Assembly (NCBI GenBank): GCA_052279835.1
Contig: CP181291.1
Coordinates: forward strand, 5,472,001-5,536,000
Direction of reading: 5' to 3'
Length of the DNA: 64,000 bases
From: Microcoleus sp.
Lineage (GTDB): Bacteria > Cyanobacteriota > Cyanobacteriia > Cyanobacteriales > Microcoleaceae
A program made the translations under genes and the position numbers. The first letter of the stretch is position 1. Each line of letters opens with the position of its first letter. Of the stretch, positions 11,331 to 19,059 are shown in pieces. The notes below the pieces were generated by a model. The model searched no databases. It was not told the DNA's origin and was given only the letters and a program-made list of their open reading frames with translations.

Positions 11331-12593
11331 TTACCTATTCCACATCTTCTTGCGCTGTCGCCGATTCGCCACTGACTCCGCCAACCCCAACCCCAGAAAA
11401 TTACTCAGCAGCGAGGCATTACCATAACTCAAAAAAGGTAGCGGAATCCCCGTAACCGGTGCCAAGCCGATATTCATCCCAATATTCACGAAGACTTGAA
11501 AAATCAACATTGACAGTATACCAATTGCCAACAGAGAACCAAAATTATCATTAGCAGTTTGAGCAATAATCACCAACCGCAAACAAATTAGCCAGAAACA
11601 AAATAAGACTAAAATACAACCAATAAAACCTAATTCTTCACCAATCGCTGAAAAGATAAAGTCCGTATGCTGTTCGGGAATAAAGTTAAGTTGAGTTTGG
11701 GTTCCTTGATTCAATCCCCTCCCCTTGAGCTCCCCAGCACCGATCGCAATCCGAGATTGAATCAAGTGATATCCGCTACCTAAAGGGTCTTTTTCTGGGT
11801 TTAAAAACCCTGTGAGCCGCATTTTTTGATAATCTTTGAGCACGCTCCAAAAAATATGTCCGACGTGTCCCGAAACCACATTCACCAGCACTGTAGCGAA
11901 AGTCCCCAACCAGCGCCAAGGTAGAGACCGCCAAGCAATCACACCCGCCACTACTATCCAACCTATCCAAATCGGTGTAGACAAGTTATTGAGGAGTACC
12001 GAGAACAAAGGAGAAAATAGCAAGATCAACCAACCGGGATTGACATTACCCCAGTAAAACATCCCCATGGTTATCGCACCAAATACCAGAGAAGTCCCCA
12101 AATTTGGTTCGGCAAAAATCAATCCCCAGGGTACAGCCATGATTGCTAGCATCTTCAACATATCCCGCAACGTCGGGACTGTTTTATCGTGCATCAGGGC
12201 TGCTAAAGTAATAATCATGCCGATTTTGGCAAATTCTGACGGTTGCAAGTAGAAGCCGCCGATATTAATCCACCTTTGGGCACCGAGCCCTGTACTACCG
12301 ATAAACCGCACCGCAATCAGTGACAAATTGATCGCTATGTAGATTGGCCATTTCCACTCGATCAATACTTCGTAGCGACACCGGGAAATGATGATGGCTA
12401 AACACAAACCTACTCCGCCTGTAACCCAGTGTCGCCACCAATCGATCAATCCTTGATTGATCTCAACACTGTGTATCATGATTCCCCCGAATACGGTGAG
12501 GCCGATGCAGGCGGCGAACAGCCAGGGGTCTATTTCTGCCCAGGGTTTGAGGATTGATTTCCAGCGGTTTTTGACTTGTATTCTTTGAAACAT
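11331..12593 (-). CDS. rodA: Rod shape-determining protein RodA (SEDS family)
   Basis: GAQRWI, QPSEFAK, PEQHTDFIFSAIGEE and TGIPLPFLSYG motifs. Confidence 0.95.
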   Translation of the reverse strand: MFQRIQVKNRWKSILKPWAEIDPWLFAACIGLTVFGGIMIHSVEINQGLIDWWRHWVTGGVGLCLAIIISRCRYEVLIEWKWPIYIAINLSLIAVRFIGSTGLGAQRWINIGGFYLQPSEFAKIGMIITLAALMHDKTVPTLRDMLKMLAIMAVPWGLIFAEPNLGTSLVFGAITMGMFYWGNVNPGWLILLFSPLFSVLLNNLSTPIWIGWIVVAGVIAWRSLPWRWLGTFATVLVNVVSGHVGHIFWSVLKDYQKMRLTGFLNPEKDPLGSGYHLIQSRIAIGAGELKGRGLNQGTQTQLNFIPEQHTDFIFSAIGEELGFIGCILVLFCFWLICLRLVIIAQTANDNFGSLLAIGILSMLIFQVFVNIGMNIGLAPVTGIPLPFLSYGNASLLSNFLGLGLAESVANRRQRKKMWNR

Positions 12594-12929
12594 GAGGATT
12601 TTAGATTTTAGATTTTAGATTTTAGATTATCGGATCGATTTTCGGAAGTTCTGGATATGTTTGTGGCTATTGAGAGTTTAAACCTTACTGTACTTCCTCG
12701 GTCTGGCTACGTCAGATTCTTCGGCGACTACGACGGGTGTTCCGGGAAGGGAAGAATCGGAGAGTGCTTTGGAGTTTTGGGGGCGGTGGCTGTCAGTCCC
12801 CGCCCCACCAGGGTTGGGGATAAATGGTGATTGGTGAGTGGTTATTGGCACGCGATCGCCACCAATAACGAATCACCAACAACTAATCTATATCTGTTCT
12901 TGACTATCTTTTTACCAAAAGTCTGATGA

Positions 12930-13289
12930 CTATTTAGACGAGGGGGCTGGTTCGTAAAGATACTCAAAGCCGTTACCATCGGGATCTCTGCCATAAAAGG
13001 ATGCAGTACCATCCCGGTGTTCGTGGATGTGAGTGACGGAAACACCCTCAACTTTGAGTTGTTCGTAGGCGGATTCCATCTCGGTGCGATCGTCAAATAC
13101 AAACCCAAAATGCGGCCCAGCTTGGTCGTAACTCGGACTCAACAGCGCCAATCCATCCTCTCCTGCTTTCAAATAAGCCCAGTCTGCATCTTTCCAGACT
13201 AACTCCATCCCCAAGTTGCGGTAGAATTCAGCAGACTTCTCTATGTCTTGCACGCAGACGGCTACGTGTCCCAATCGTTTTAGTTTCAT
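12930..13289 (-). CDS. VOC/glyoxalase family protein
   Basis: LGHVAVCVQD...FY; HFGF; FYGRDPDGNGFE; start MKLKRLG. Confidence 0.9.
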   Translation of the reverse strand: MKLKRLGHVAVCVQDIEKSAEFYRNLGMELVWKDADWAYLKAGEDGLALLSPSYDQAGPHFGFVFDDRTEMESAYEQLKVEGVSVTHIHEHRDGTASFYGRDPDGNGFEYLYEPAPSSK

Positions 13290-13475
13290 GTCTACAAAGT
13301 TTATGGTTGTTCTTTCGTTTATTGTATCTATTTTCTCCTTGGTCTTCACTTAACTACTTTTTTCTGAATTTTAGTCATTGGTAGCTGTACTTGTTCTACT
13401 CGTTTTATTGCTTCCATTTCACTGAACAGTTGAATTGAACGAAGCATCTCGCTCGATGCTTCGCCCAAATGCGTA

Positions 13476-13601
13476 ATATCGTGTTCGGTCGATTACCCAT
13501 ACCATATTATGGGCGGGTTTATCAACAATATCTGCCAATAATTGACAATCTCAAAAACCCGCCTGGCCGCGAATTACGGTCAATCGAGCGGACAGGATAT
13601 A
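13476..13601. mobile_element. Small MITE-like repeat with imperfect terminal inverted repeats
   Basis: atatcgtgttcggtcgatt ... aatcgagcggacaggatat (16/19 complementary); internal ggcgggttt...aaacccgcc palindrome. Confidence 0.55.
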
Positions 13602-13605
13602 AGTC

Positions 13606-14466
13606 CTATTTTTCATAACGAACTAGAAGATGCCAGAGAAAAATATCCGGGTCGTCATGAGCTATCATCTCTTTAAACATGGAAACAAAAGGCTCATAGT
13701 CCAAAATCTGCATCTCCAAACAAAGTTGTTTTAATCCCGCTTCTTTAAAGATGCGATTTAACCGCAAGGGAGTGTAATAAATTTGGGGATCTTGCCACTC
13801 AGCATCCCAAACTTTATTGCCGTAGACATCGATAAATCCCTCTGTAACACAGTGAGCGTGTTTGCGACTGAAATAGGCAATTTCTAAGAAGCATAAGGTG
13901 GTTGGGAAATATCCGTATATCTTGCCACCTGGCTTGAGAACTTTTCCAAATTCCCGAATCATCTCGCGGTTGGTTTTATCCTCACCGGAAACCACGGAAT
14001 TTGCGAGGAGGACGCAATCAAATTGCTCGTTCCAATCCGGTTTTTGTTCGGTGATTCGCGTGGAGTCTACTTGCTCAAACACGATTTGCTGATTGTTGAG
14101 TCGGGAATCTCCATCTGCTGTTTTCCAGTGTGCTTGTGCTTTTTCAATGGCTGTTTTGGAAAAATCGGTACAGTAGATTTGTCCAATTTGGGGGCAAAAT
14201 TCTAGTAAAGTTTTCTGAAGATAAATTTCCGAGCCGCAACCGGGAATTAGGACTTTGATGTCAGGCGAGTTGGGAATATCATAGCCGGGAGAACGCTCTG
14301 GACGGATTAAGTTTTTGCAGATTTTGGGGTCTTGGGTGATGCTGAAAGCGTTGTTGGTATAATCTTCGTGGTGTTTATCCCATAAAGCTTTCTCTTCTTG
14401 AAGAGATTTCGAGCCAAGGCCATGAGAAGAGGGGATTACCCATTTGTAATCATTTGTATCGGTCAT
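13606..14466 (-). CDS. Class I SAM-dependent methyltransferase
   Basis: KVLIPGCGS motif I, CTDFSKTAIE, VLKPGG; GGAG upstream of ATG at 14466. Confidence 0.85.
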   Translation of the reverse strand: MTDTNDYKWVIPSSHGLGSKSLQEEKALWDKHHEDYTNNAFSITQDPKICKNLIRPERSPGYDIPNSPDIKVLIPGCGSEIYLQKTLLEFCPQIGQIYCTDFSKTAIEKAQAHWKTADGDSRLNNQQIVFEQVDSTRITEQKPDWNEQFDCVLLANSVVSGEDKTNREMIREFGKVLKPGGKIYGYFPTTLCFLEIAYFSRKHAHCVTEGFIDVYGNKVWDAEWQDPQIYYTPLRLNRIFKEAGLKQLCLEMQILDYEPFVSMFKEMIAHDDPDIFLWHLLVRYEK

Positions 14467-14512
14467 AATTTTCAACTCCAAAATGTTCAGTACAAGTTAA
14501 ATCTGTGTGTCA

Positions 14513-14677
14513 TACCAATTTAATGTGAAGTTGCATATATCTCGATCCCCCTAAATCCCCACCCCCCCCTAGCCCCCCCCAAGGGGGGAAGGGGGACTTT
14601 GAGCGGAATCTTGTCCCCCCCTTATTAAGGGGGGCTAGGGGGGATCGAGATATATGCAACTTCATAAAAAATTGGTG
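14513..14677. mobile_element. MITE (TIR TACCAATTT...AAATTGGTR) with 3-bp target duplication TCA
   Basis: TCA at 14510-14512 and 14678-14680; long internal inverted repeats; second copy at 31172-31315. Confidence 0.85.
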
Positions 14678-16345
14678 TCAATCACTCACCACCAAGCTGC
14701 CGTTTTCCATCACGTAAGTGACATCCGCACGCAACGCATTAGCCATTTTGTGGGTGATGAAAATCACGGTGCGTTCTTTGGTAATGCGCTCGATGGTGGT
14801 GAGGATTTTGGCTTCCGTCGCGGGGTCGAGGGCGGATGTGGCTTCATCCAGAATCAGAATTGCTGGATTTCTCACCAACGCTCTCGCCAGGGCGATTCTT
14901 TGCCGTTGTCCCCCTGATAACTGTCCGCCCCTGTCACCAACGGGTGTGTCGTAGCCTTGGGGTAAGGACAAAATAAATTCGTGAATCTCGGCGGCTTTGG
15001 CTGCGGCTTCGACTTGTTTGTCAGTGGCTTGCAGATAGCCCATGCGGATGTTTTCTCGCACCGAGCAATTAAAGAGAATTACATCCTGAGAAACCAGTCC
15101 GATTTGAGAACGGAGGGAGCGTATTGTTGCATGACGTAAATCAACTCCATCAAACAGAATGCGTCCTTTATCCGGGTCATAAAATCGCGTCAGCAAGTTG
15201 ACAATTGTACTTTTGCCTGCTCCACTTTGACCGACAAAGACGGCAAAGTCTCCTTGGCGAATTTTCAGGAATAGATTTTTAACTCCTCCTCTATCTTGGG
15301 AGTAGCTAAAGGTAACATTGTCAAAGTAAATTTCACTGAAAAAGTGAGGTAAATCAATCGCGCCTGGTGCATCCTGAATCGCCGGAGTTTGTGATAAAAT
15401 ATCGCTAATGCGTTGCAGCCCTGCTACTCCATCAATAAATGCAGGTATTGACGAAGTGAAGCCGAGGATATTGAGATTCAAACCTACCAGTAAAACTTGA
15501 AAGGAGGTAAGAGTTCCTACAGAAATTATATTCCTGTAGGTCATCACTGCACCGATACTTAAAACCACCAACTGCGTCATGACAAAACCAATCATGGGAG
15601 CTTTCTGCACTAAGTAGGAGAGAAACGTTGCGCGGACATAAACCTGTTTTAAGTCATTCAAATCGGTGGAAAAATCTTCAGTCATTTGGTTTTCCAGCCC
15701 GAATATCTTGACAACGGTTTGCGAGAGGATATTTTCTTCGACGACGCTGGCAATCTGTCCTTCTTTTTGCAGCAACTTATAGCCGACTTCGGTGGCAAGG
15801 CTGGCAATTTTTGCTGGAACAATGGTACAGATAGTTAAACCGATCAAACTGACCAGGGCTAATTGCCAGTTGAGGAGGAAGAGGAAAACCAGAGAAAATA
15901 GGAAGTTAGACAGTTCTAAAACAACAACTGTCAGCCCCATTGTAATTACACCATTTTCCACCTTTTGGACATCGGCGATGAGACAATTGACAATATCCCC
16001 GGCTGAACGCCGTCCAAAGAACTCCATTGAAAGGCTTTGGAGGTGCTCGAATAGAGAGTATCGGATATTGTTGGTGATTAAAATGCCCAAACGCGCTCCT
16101 AGGAAAATTCCTAGCAAACCGATGCAGGCATATAGAATTGCTCCGACAACTAGCAATGACAGGATTAGAACCAGAAGACGGTAATTTTGGGGAACGATGG
16201 CGGCATCGATGATAAATTTTAAGCTGGCTCGGAAGACTGAATCAAAGGCTGCGTCGAATATCAGGCAGGTAAAGAGTAAAATGAATTGCCATTTGTAGGA
16301 GGCAATGTATTTGTTGAGGGTTTTAAAGAACCAAATCAGTTCCAT
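14678..16345 (-). CDS. ABC exporter (transmembrane domain + ATPase, MsbA/HlyB-like, no peptidase domain)
   Basis: N-terminal TM helices, GQSGAGKS, LSGGQRQR, ILILDEATSALD, ITHK. Confidence 0.95.
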   Translation of the reverse strand: MELIWFFKTLNKYIASYKWQFILLFTCLIFDAAFDSVFRASLKFIIDAAIVPQNYRLLVLILSLLVVGAILYACIGLLGIFLGARLGILITNNIRYSLFEHLQSLSMEFFGRRSAGDIVNCLIADVQKVENGVITMGLTVVVLELSNFLFSLVFLFLLNWQLALVSLIGLTICTIVPAKIASLATEVGYKLLQKEGQIASVVEENILSQTVVKIFGLENQMTEDFSTDLNDLKQVYVRATFLSYLVQKAPMIGFVMTQLVVLSIGAVMTYRNIISVGTLTSFQVLLVGLNLNILGFTSSIPAFIDGVAGLQRISDILSQTPAIQDAPGAIDLPHFFSEIYFDNVTFSYSQDRGGVKNLFLKIRQGDFAVFVGQSGAGKSTIVNLLTRFYDPDKGRILFDGVDLRHATIRSLRSQIGLVSQDVILFNCSVRENIRMGYLQATDKQVEAAAKAAEIHEFILSLPQGYDTPVGDRGGQLSGGQRQRIALARALVRNPAILILDEATSALDPATEAKILTTIERITKERTVIFITHKMANALRADVTYVMENGSLVVSD

Positions 16346-16590
16346 GAGTTATGGGAGTTTGTCTACAGGCATGATTTATACTTTGACTTTTGTAGTTCTG
16401 ATCTGGATAGCTCCTTACTAAGTGGGGTGGGCAGTACCCACCCTACAGTGATTGAAAATCACATTTACTCAGTGGAATTTAATAATTAAATGCTGAATAA
16501 ATAGTGAATTCAGATAAAAAAAACGACTATACCCAATGCTCGAACTCCTTTTACTTGTTGTTTTTGATTGAGGTTTTATCCTCGTCTATA

Positions 16591-17157
16591 TCATGCTCTC
16601 TTCCAGGAATTGTCCCATGAAGTATTAAATTTTGATAATAAATAGGATTCAACAAAACTAGGTGCTGCCGATCGATTGGCGGCTGTTGTGAAACCATAAG
16701 CTTCTTCTAGAGAAGGGATATCTTTAGCATAACGGTCTAAGTATTTACCTTGATAGCAGGCAAAGAGAAACAAACGTTTGGGTTGAATAACACTAGAAAA
16801 TAATTCCAGCAACTGTGTTATGTCAAATAAGTCGCCTTGATTTTTTTGGCTATCAAAAGTAGCAAAAATTGAAAATTCGGATGAACTTAATTTGCTATAA
16901 CCATGACCAAATAGCCATACATCACCATTATATTGAGGTGTCTTCGTTACCAGACAGCTTTTCTGATCTTTCAAAACAATACTGCCCTTATCTTGATTTA
17001 TGGAGAGTTTATTGAATTCCGGAATGTTTTGAATGGAATTTTTCAAGGAAGGGAAATAAGACTCCCCTTTCACTTCAATCAGAAGGCAGTTATTAGAGTT
17101 TTGACTTAGCACGATAATCTCCTTGGTTGTTGTCTTATAGTAGTGATCGCCTTTCAT
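16591..17157 (-). CDS. Hypothetical 188-aa protein with GHG ... FAC motifs (possible caspase-hemoglobinase-fold His-Cys protease)
   Basis: VWLFGHG and LFLFACYQG, each following a hydrophobic beta-strand; AT-rich gene. Confidence 0.5.
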   Translation of the reverse strand: MKGDHYYKTTTKEIIVLSQNSNNCLLIEVKGESYFPSLKNSIQNIPEFNKLSINQDKGSIVLKDQKSCLVTKTPQYNGDVWLFGHGYSKLSSSEFSIFATFDSQKNQGDLFDITQLLELFSSVIQPKRLFLFACYQGKYLDRYAKDIPSLEEAYGFTTAANRSAAPSFVESYLLSKFNTSWDNSWKRA

Positions 17158-17292
17158 TCACTGGAGTGCAAGAACATGGTGCAGCTATCCTTGAACTTAT
17201 TGCGCTTTGCAAATATGTGAAAGCTGGTTCAAGGAGCGATCGCGCAGCCTCTGATCGAAAGTGCGATCGCCCTCTCTCTCCTCAAAAAGATG

Positions 17293-17946
17293 TCAAGCCT
17301 TAGTAACAGAGTAAACCAGCGTGTAAATACACCCCTCCGAGTCGTTCTTCATCACATAGGTATTAATTTTTGGTTTCATAAGCTTCCGACGCACCTCATC
17401 CTCTTGTTTTTCGTAGTCGGGTGCGTCATCAGGAATTTTAGCCAATGCTTCCTTTAAAGCTAATCGTTGTTTAGCCTTTGCTTCAGGCGTATCTTCCTGG
17501 AGAGCAAGTTCTTCTGAGACAACTAACTCTCCAAGAAAGTCATCACTACTTATCGCATCCCACTCCCAAAGAGTGAGCTTAATTTCGTTGTCGAAATTAA
17601 AAATTATATCTGTTTTTATCTCCTGTTCTTTGGAGATATCGACATATTTCTCGTCTGTGGGAAATACTTTTTCATCCCCGCGCTTAATGTACAACTGATC
17701 GGCAAACTTTTGTCCAATAGAAGTAAGAACGCCCGTCAAACCTTCCGCTTGTTTTAAGACGTTTTGCACACCTAGCAAAGCTTCGCCGACTGTAAAAAAT
17801 CCCCCGACAACTTGACCGCCTGGTAAGAGTTTGGCTACAGATGATGCTTGCTCTACATAACCGCCAATTTGTTGTAACAAACCGCTATCAACTCCAGAAC
17901 TTGGAATTTCGCACCGAACAGTGTGAAGTGTAAATGTTGCAGTCAT
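17293..17946 (-). CDS. Hypothetical 217-aa protein with a C2-like acidic motif (LTLWEWDAISSDDFLG)
   Basis: RBS AGGGAGAG before ATG at 17946 (MTATFTLH); the longer ORF start at 18090 runs through the promoter repeat. Confidence 0.75.
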   Translation of the reverse strand: MTATFTLHTVRCEIPSSGVDSGLLQQIGGYVEQASSVAKLLPGGQVVGGFFTVGEALLGVQNVLKQAEGLTGVLTSIGQKFADQLYIKRGDEKVFPTDEKYVDISKEQEIKTDIIFNFDNEIKLTLWEWDAISSDDFLGELVVSEELALQEDTPEAKAKQRLALKEALAKIPDDAPDYEKQEDEVRRKLMKPKINTYVMKNDSEGCIYTLVYSVTKA

Positions 17947-18005
17947 AGGTGGTTGCTCTCCCTGTAAAGTAAAACGATGTAGAAAGGACAACCAATGTCT
18001 CTGTT

Positions 18006-18080
18006 CTACACCTATAAGACGATTCCAGAGGTCAATTTCTGAATTTTTCGAGTTAGAGGCGTTTTTTTCTAACTTGATGC
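18006..18080 (-). promoter_or_regulatory. Promoter/operator module copy 3 (IR AGTTAG-N-CTAACT; ATTCAGA-N16-CGTC)
   Basis: Near-identical to 18939-19014 and similar to 18599-18674. Confidence 0.75.
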
Positions 18081-18133
18081 TACGAAACAATCAGGAGAAG
18101 CAGCAAAGGGGGCGATCGGACTTCCCTCAAATG

Positions 18134-18157
18134 AAAAAGAGGGGCAATTGCCCCCCT
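18134..18157 (-). terminator. Rho-independent terminator after the 88-aa gene
   Basis: Minus strand aggggggcaattgcccctct followed by a U-run. Confidence 0.65.
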
Positions 18158-18267
18158 GATTTTCTAACCATCATCCTGAAAAGCGATCGCCTATGATTCT
18201 CAAAGTCTACCAAGCGCGATCGCTCTCCTGTGTCTCCAGCTAAACCAAAAAGCAATCAGACTAGACT

Positions 18268-18534
18268 CTAGGTGAATGACACGTTTCCATTGTTTCCAGT
18301 GAAGTGTACCGTCGCTGGCTGGGGAGGAGCCGCCAGAATAAAAGTCGCATTATAGGAGTCATCGTGCTGAAAACCACCTTGTCTATTGTGGTAGCTCACG
18401 CCTCTCAAAGTAACGCTGGTGATCGTGGTGGGGACGTTATTGACCGCTTGTCCATTACCTAGGTTCGCTAACTGAGCTCCGACATCCCAGAGTTCAAGTA
18501 GACCACCTGTATTGTTTGTGATTGTATGAATCAT
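18268..18534 (-). CDS. Small 88-aa Asn/Thr/Gly-rich hypothetical protein
   Basis: Strong RBS AAGGAGAGAAAAAATA-ATG; promoter copy upstream and terminator downstream. Confidence 0.8.
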   Translation of the reverse strand: MIHTITNNTGGLLELWDVGAQLANLGNGQAVNNVPTTITSVTLRGVSYHNRQGGFQHDDSYNATFILAAPPQPATVHFTGNNGNVSFT

Positions 18535-18598
18535 TATTTTTTCTCTCCTTTTAACTTTGAAAATAAGGCGATTATCGTTTTCGGGTGGTTTGCCTCTC

Positions 18599-18674
18599 TT
18601 ACACCCTTAAGACGATTCCCAAAGCCAATTTCTGAATTTTTTGAGTTAGCCGCAGTTTTTACCTAACTCAATCC
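18599..18674 (-). promoter_or_regulatory. Promoter/operator module copy 2 (perfect 9-bp IR TTGAGTTAG/CTAACTCAA)
   Basis: Same core taagacga-N-caatttctgaattttt-N-gagttag as the other two copies. Confidence 0.75.
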
Positions 18675-18710
18675 ACCCCATAAAACCAACCTTAAACACG
18701 AGAACTATAA

Positions 18711-18758
18711 TTTCCACCCATTGCACCAGATTTTGTCATTGAATTAAGGTCAGCTACA
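18711..18758 (+). pseudogene. Short fragment of a Uma2-family endonuclease gene
   Basis: Translates as FPPIAPDFVIELRSAT, the PDxxIE core of Uma2 (compare PPPDLAIEID in 61176..61826); no start codon or flanking coding sequence. Confidence 0.65.
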
Positions 18759-18807
18759 AAAAATGTAGGGTAGGCGCTGACGGCAGCACCTACCCTACAT
18801 TTTTTTT
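18758..18807 (-). terminator. Strong rho-independent terminator downstream of the 8-codon ORF
   Basis: tgtagggtaggtgctg-ccgt-cagcgcctaccctaca-tttttt on the minus strand, with one G-U pair; A/T tracts on both sides. Confidence 0.85.
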
Positions 18808-18846
18808 CAATTACTGATGAATTTTCGCTCAGAATTGATTTTTATT

Positions 18847-18873
18847 TTAGAAACGACCATACCCAAAACGCAT
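18847..18873 (-). CDS. Micropeptide MRFGYGRF (8 aa)
   Basis: AAGAAGGAGAAAAATA-ATG CGT TTT GGG TAT GGT CGT TTC TAA; same promoter-to-ATG spacing and near-identical RBS as the 88-aa gene; own terminator. Confidence 0.6.
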   Translation of the reverse strand: MRFGYGRF

Positions 18874-18938
18874 TATTTTTCTCCTTCTTTAGATAAATTT
18901 GCTGTGCTTTCTGTCGAGACGAAATTGTATTTTTGTCT

Positions 18939-19014
18939 CTACACCTATAAGACGAATCCAGAGGTCAATTTCTGAATTTTTCGAGTTAGAGGCTGTTTTT
19001 TCCTAACTAAATGC
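18939..19014 (-). promoter_or_regulatory. Promoter/operator module copy 1
   Basis: ctacacctataagacgaatccagaggtcaatttctgaatttttcgagttagaggctgttttttcctaactaaatgc. Confidence 0.75.
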
Positions 19015-19059
19015 ACTCTCAGAGGTTCAGAGCCCCGACTTCCCTAAGAAGTCAAGGAT

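Noticed and set aside
12678..12760. Minus-strand PGTPVVVAEESDVAR as a remnant of an Mrp/NBP35 C-terminus
   Set aside because: The similarity is too short and weak to support without a search; no start codon.
17947..18090. N-terminal 48-aa extension of the 265-aa ORF
   Set aside because: It runs through the promoter repeat; a good RBS precedes ATG 17946.
18006..19014. The three ~75-bp repeats as a CRISPR array or integron attC sites
   Set aside because: The intervals are about 265 and 520 bp and contain genes and terminators; there is no cas or integrase gene in the window; the fixed distance to start codons fits promoters better.
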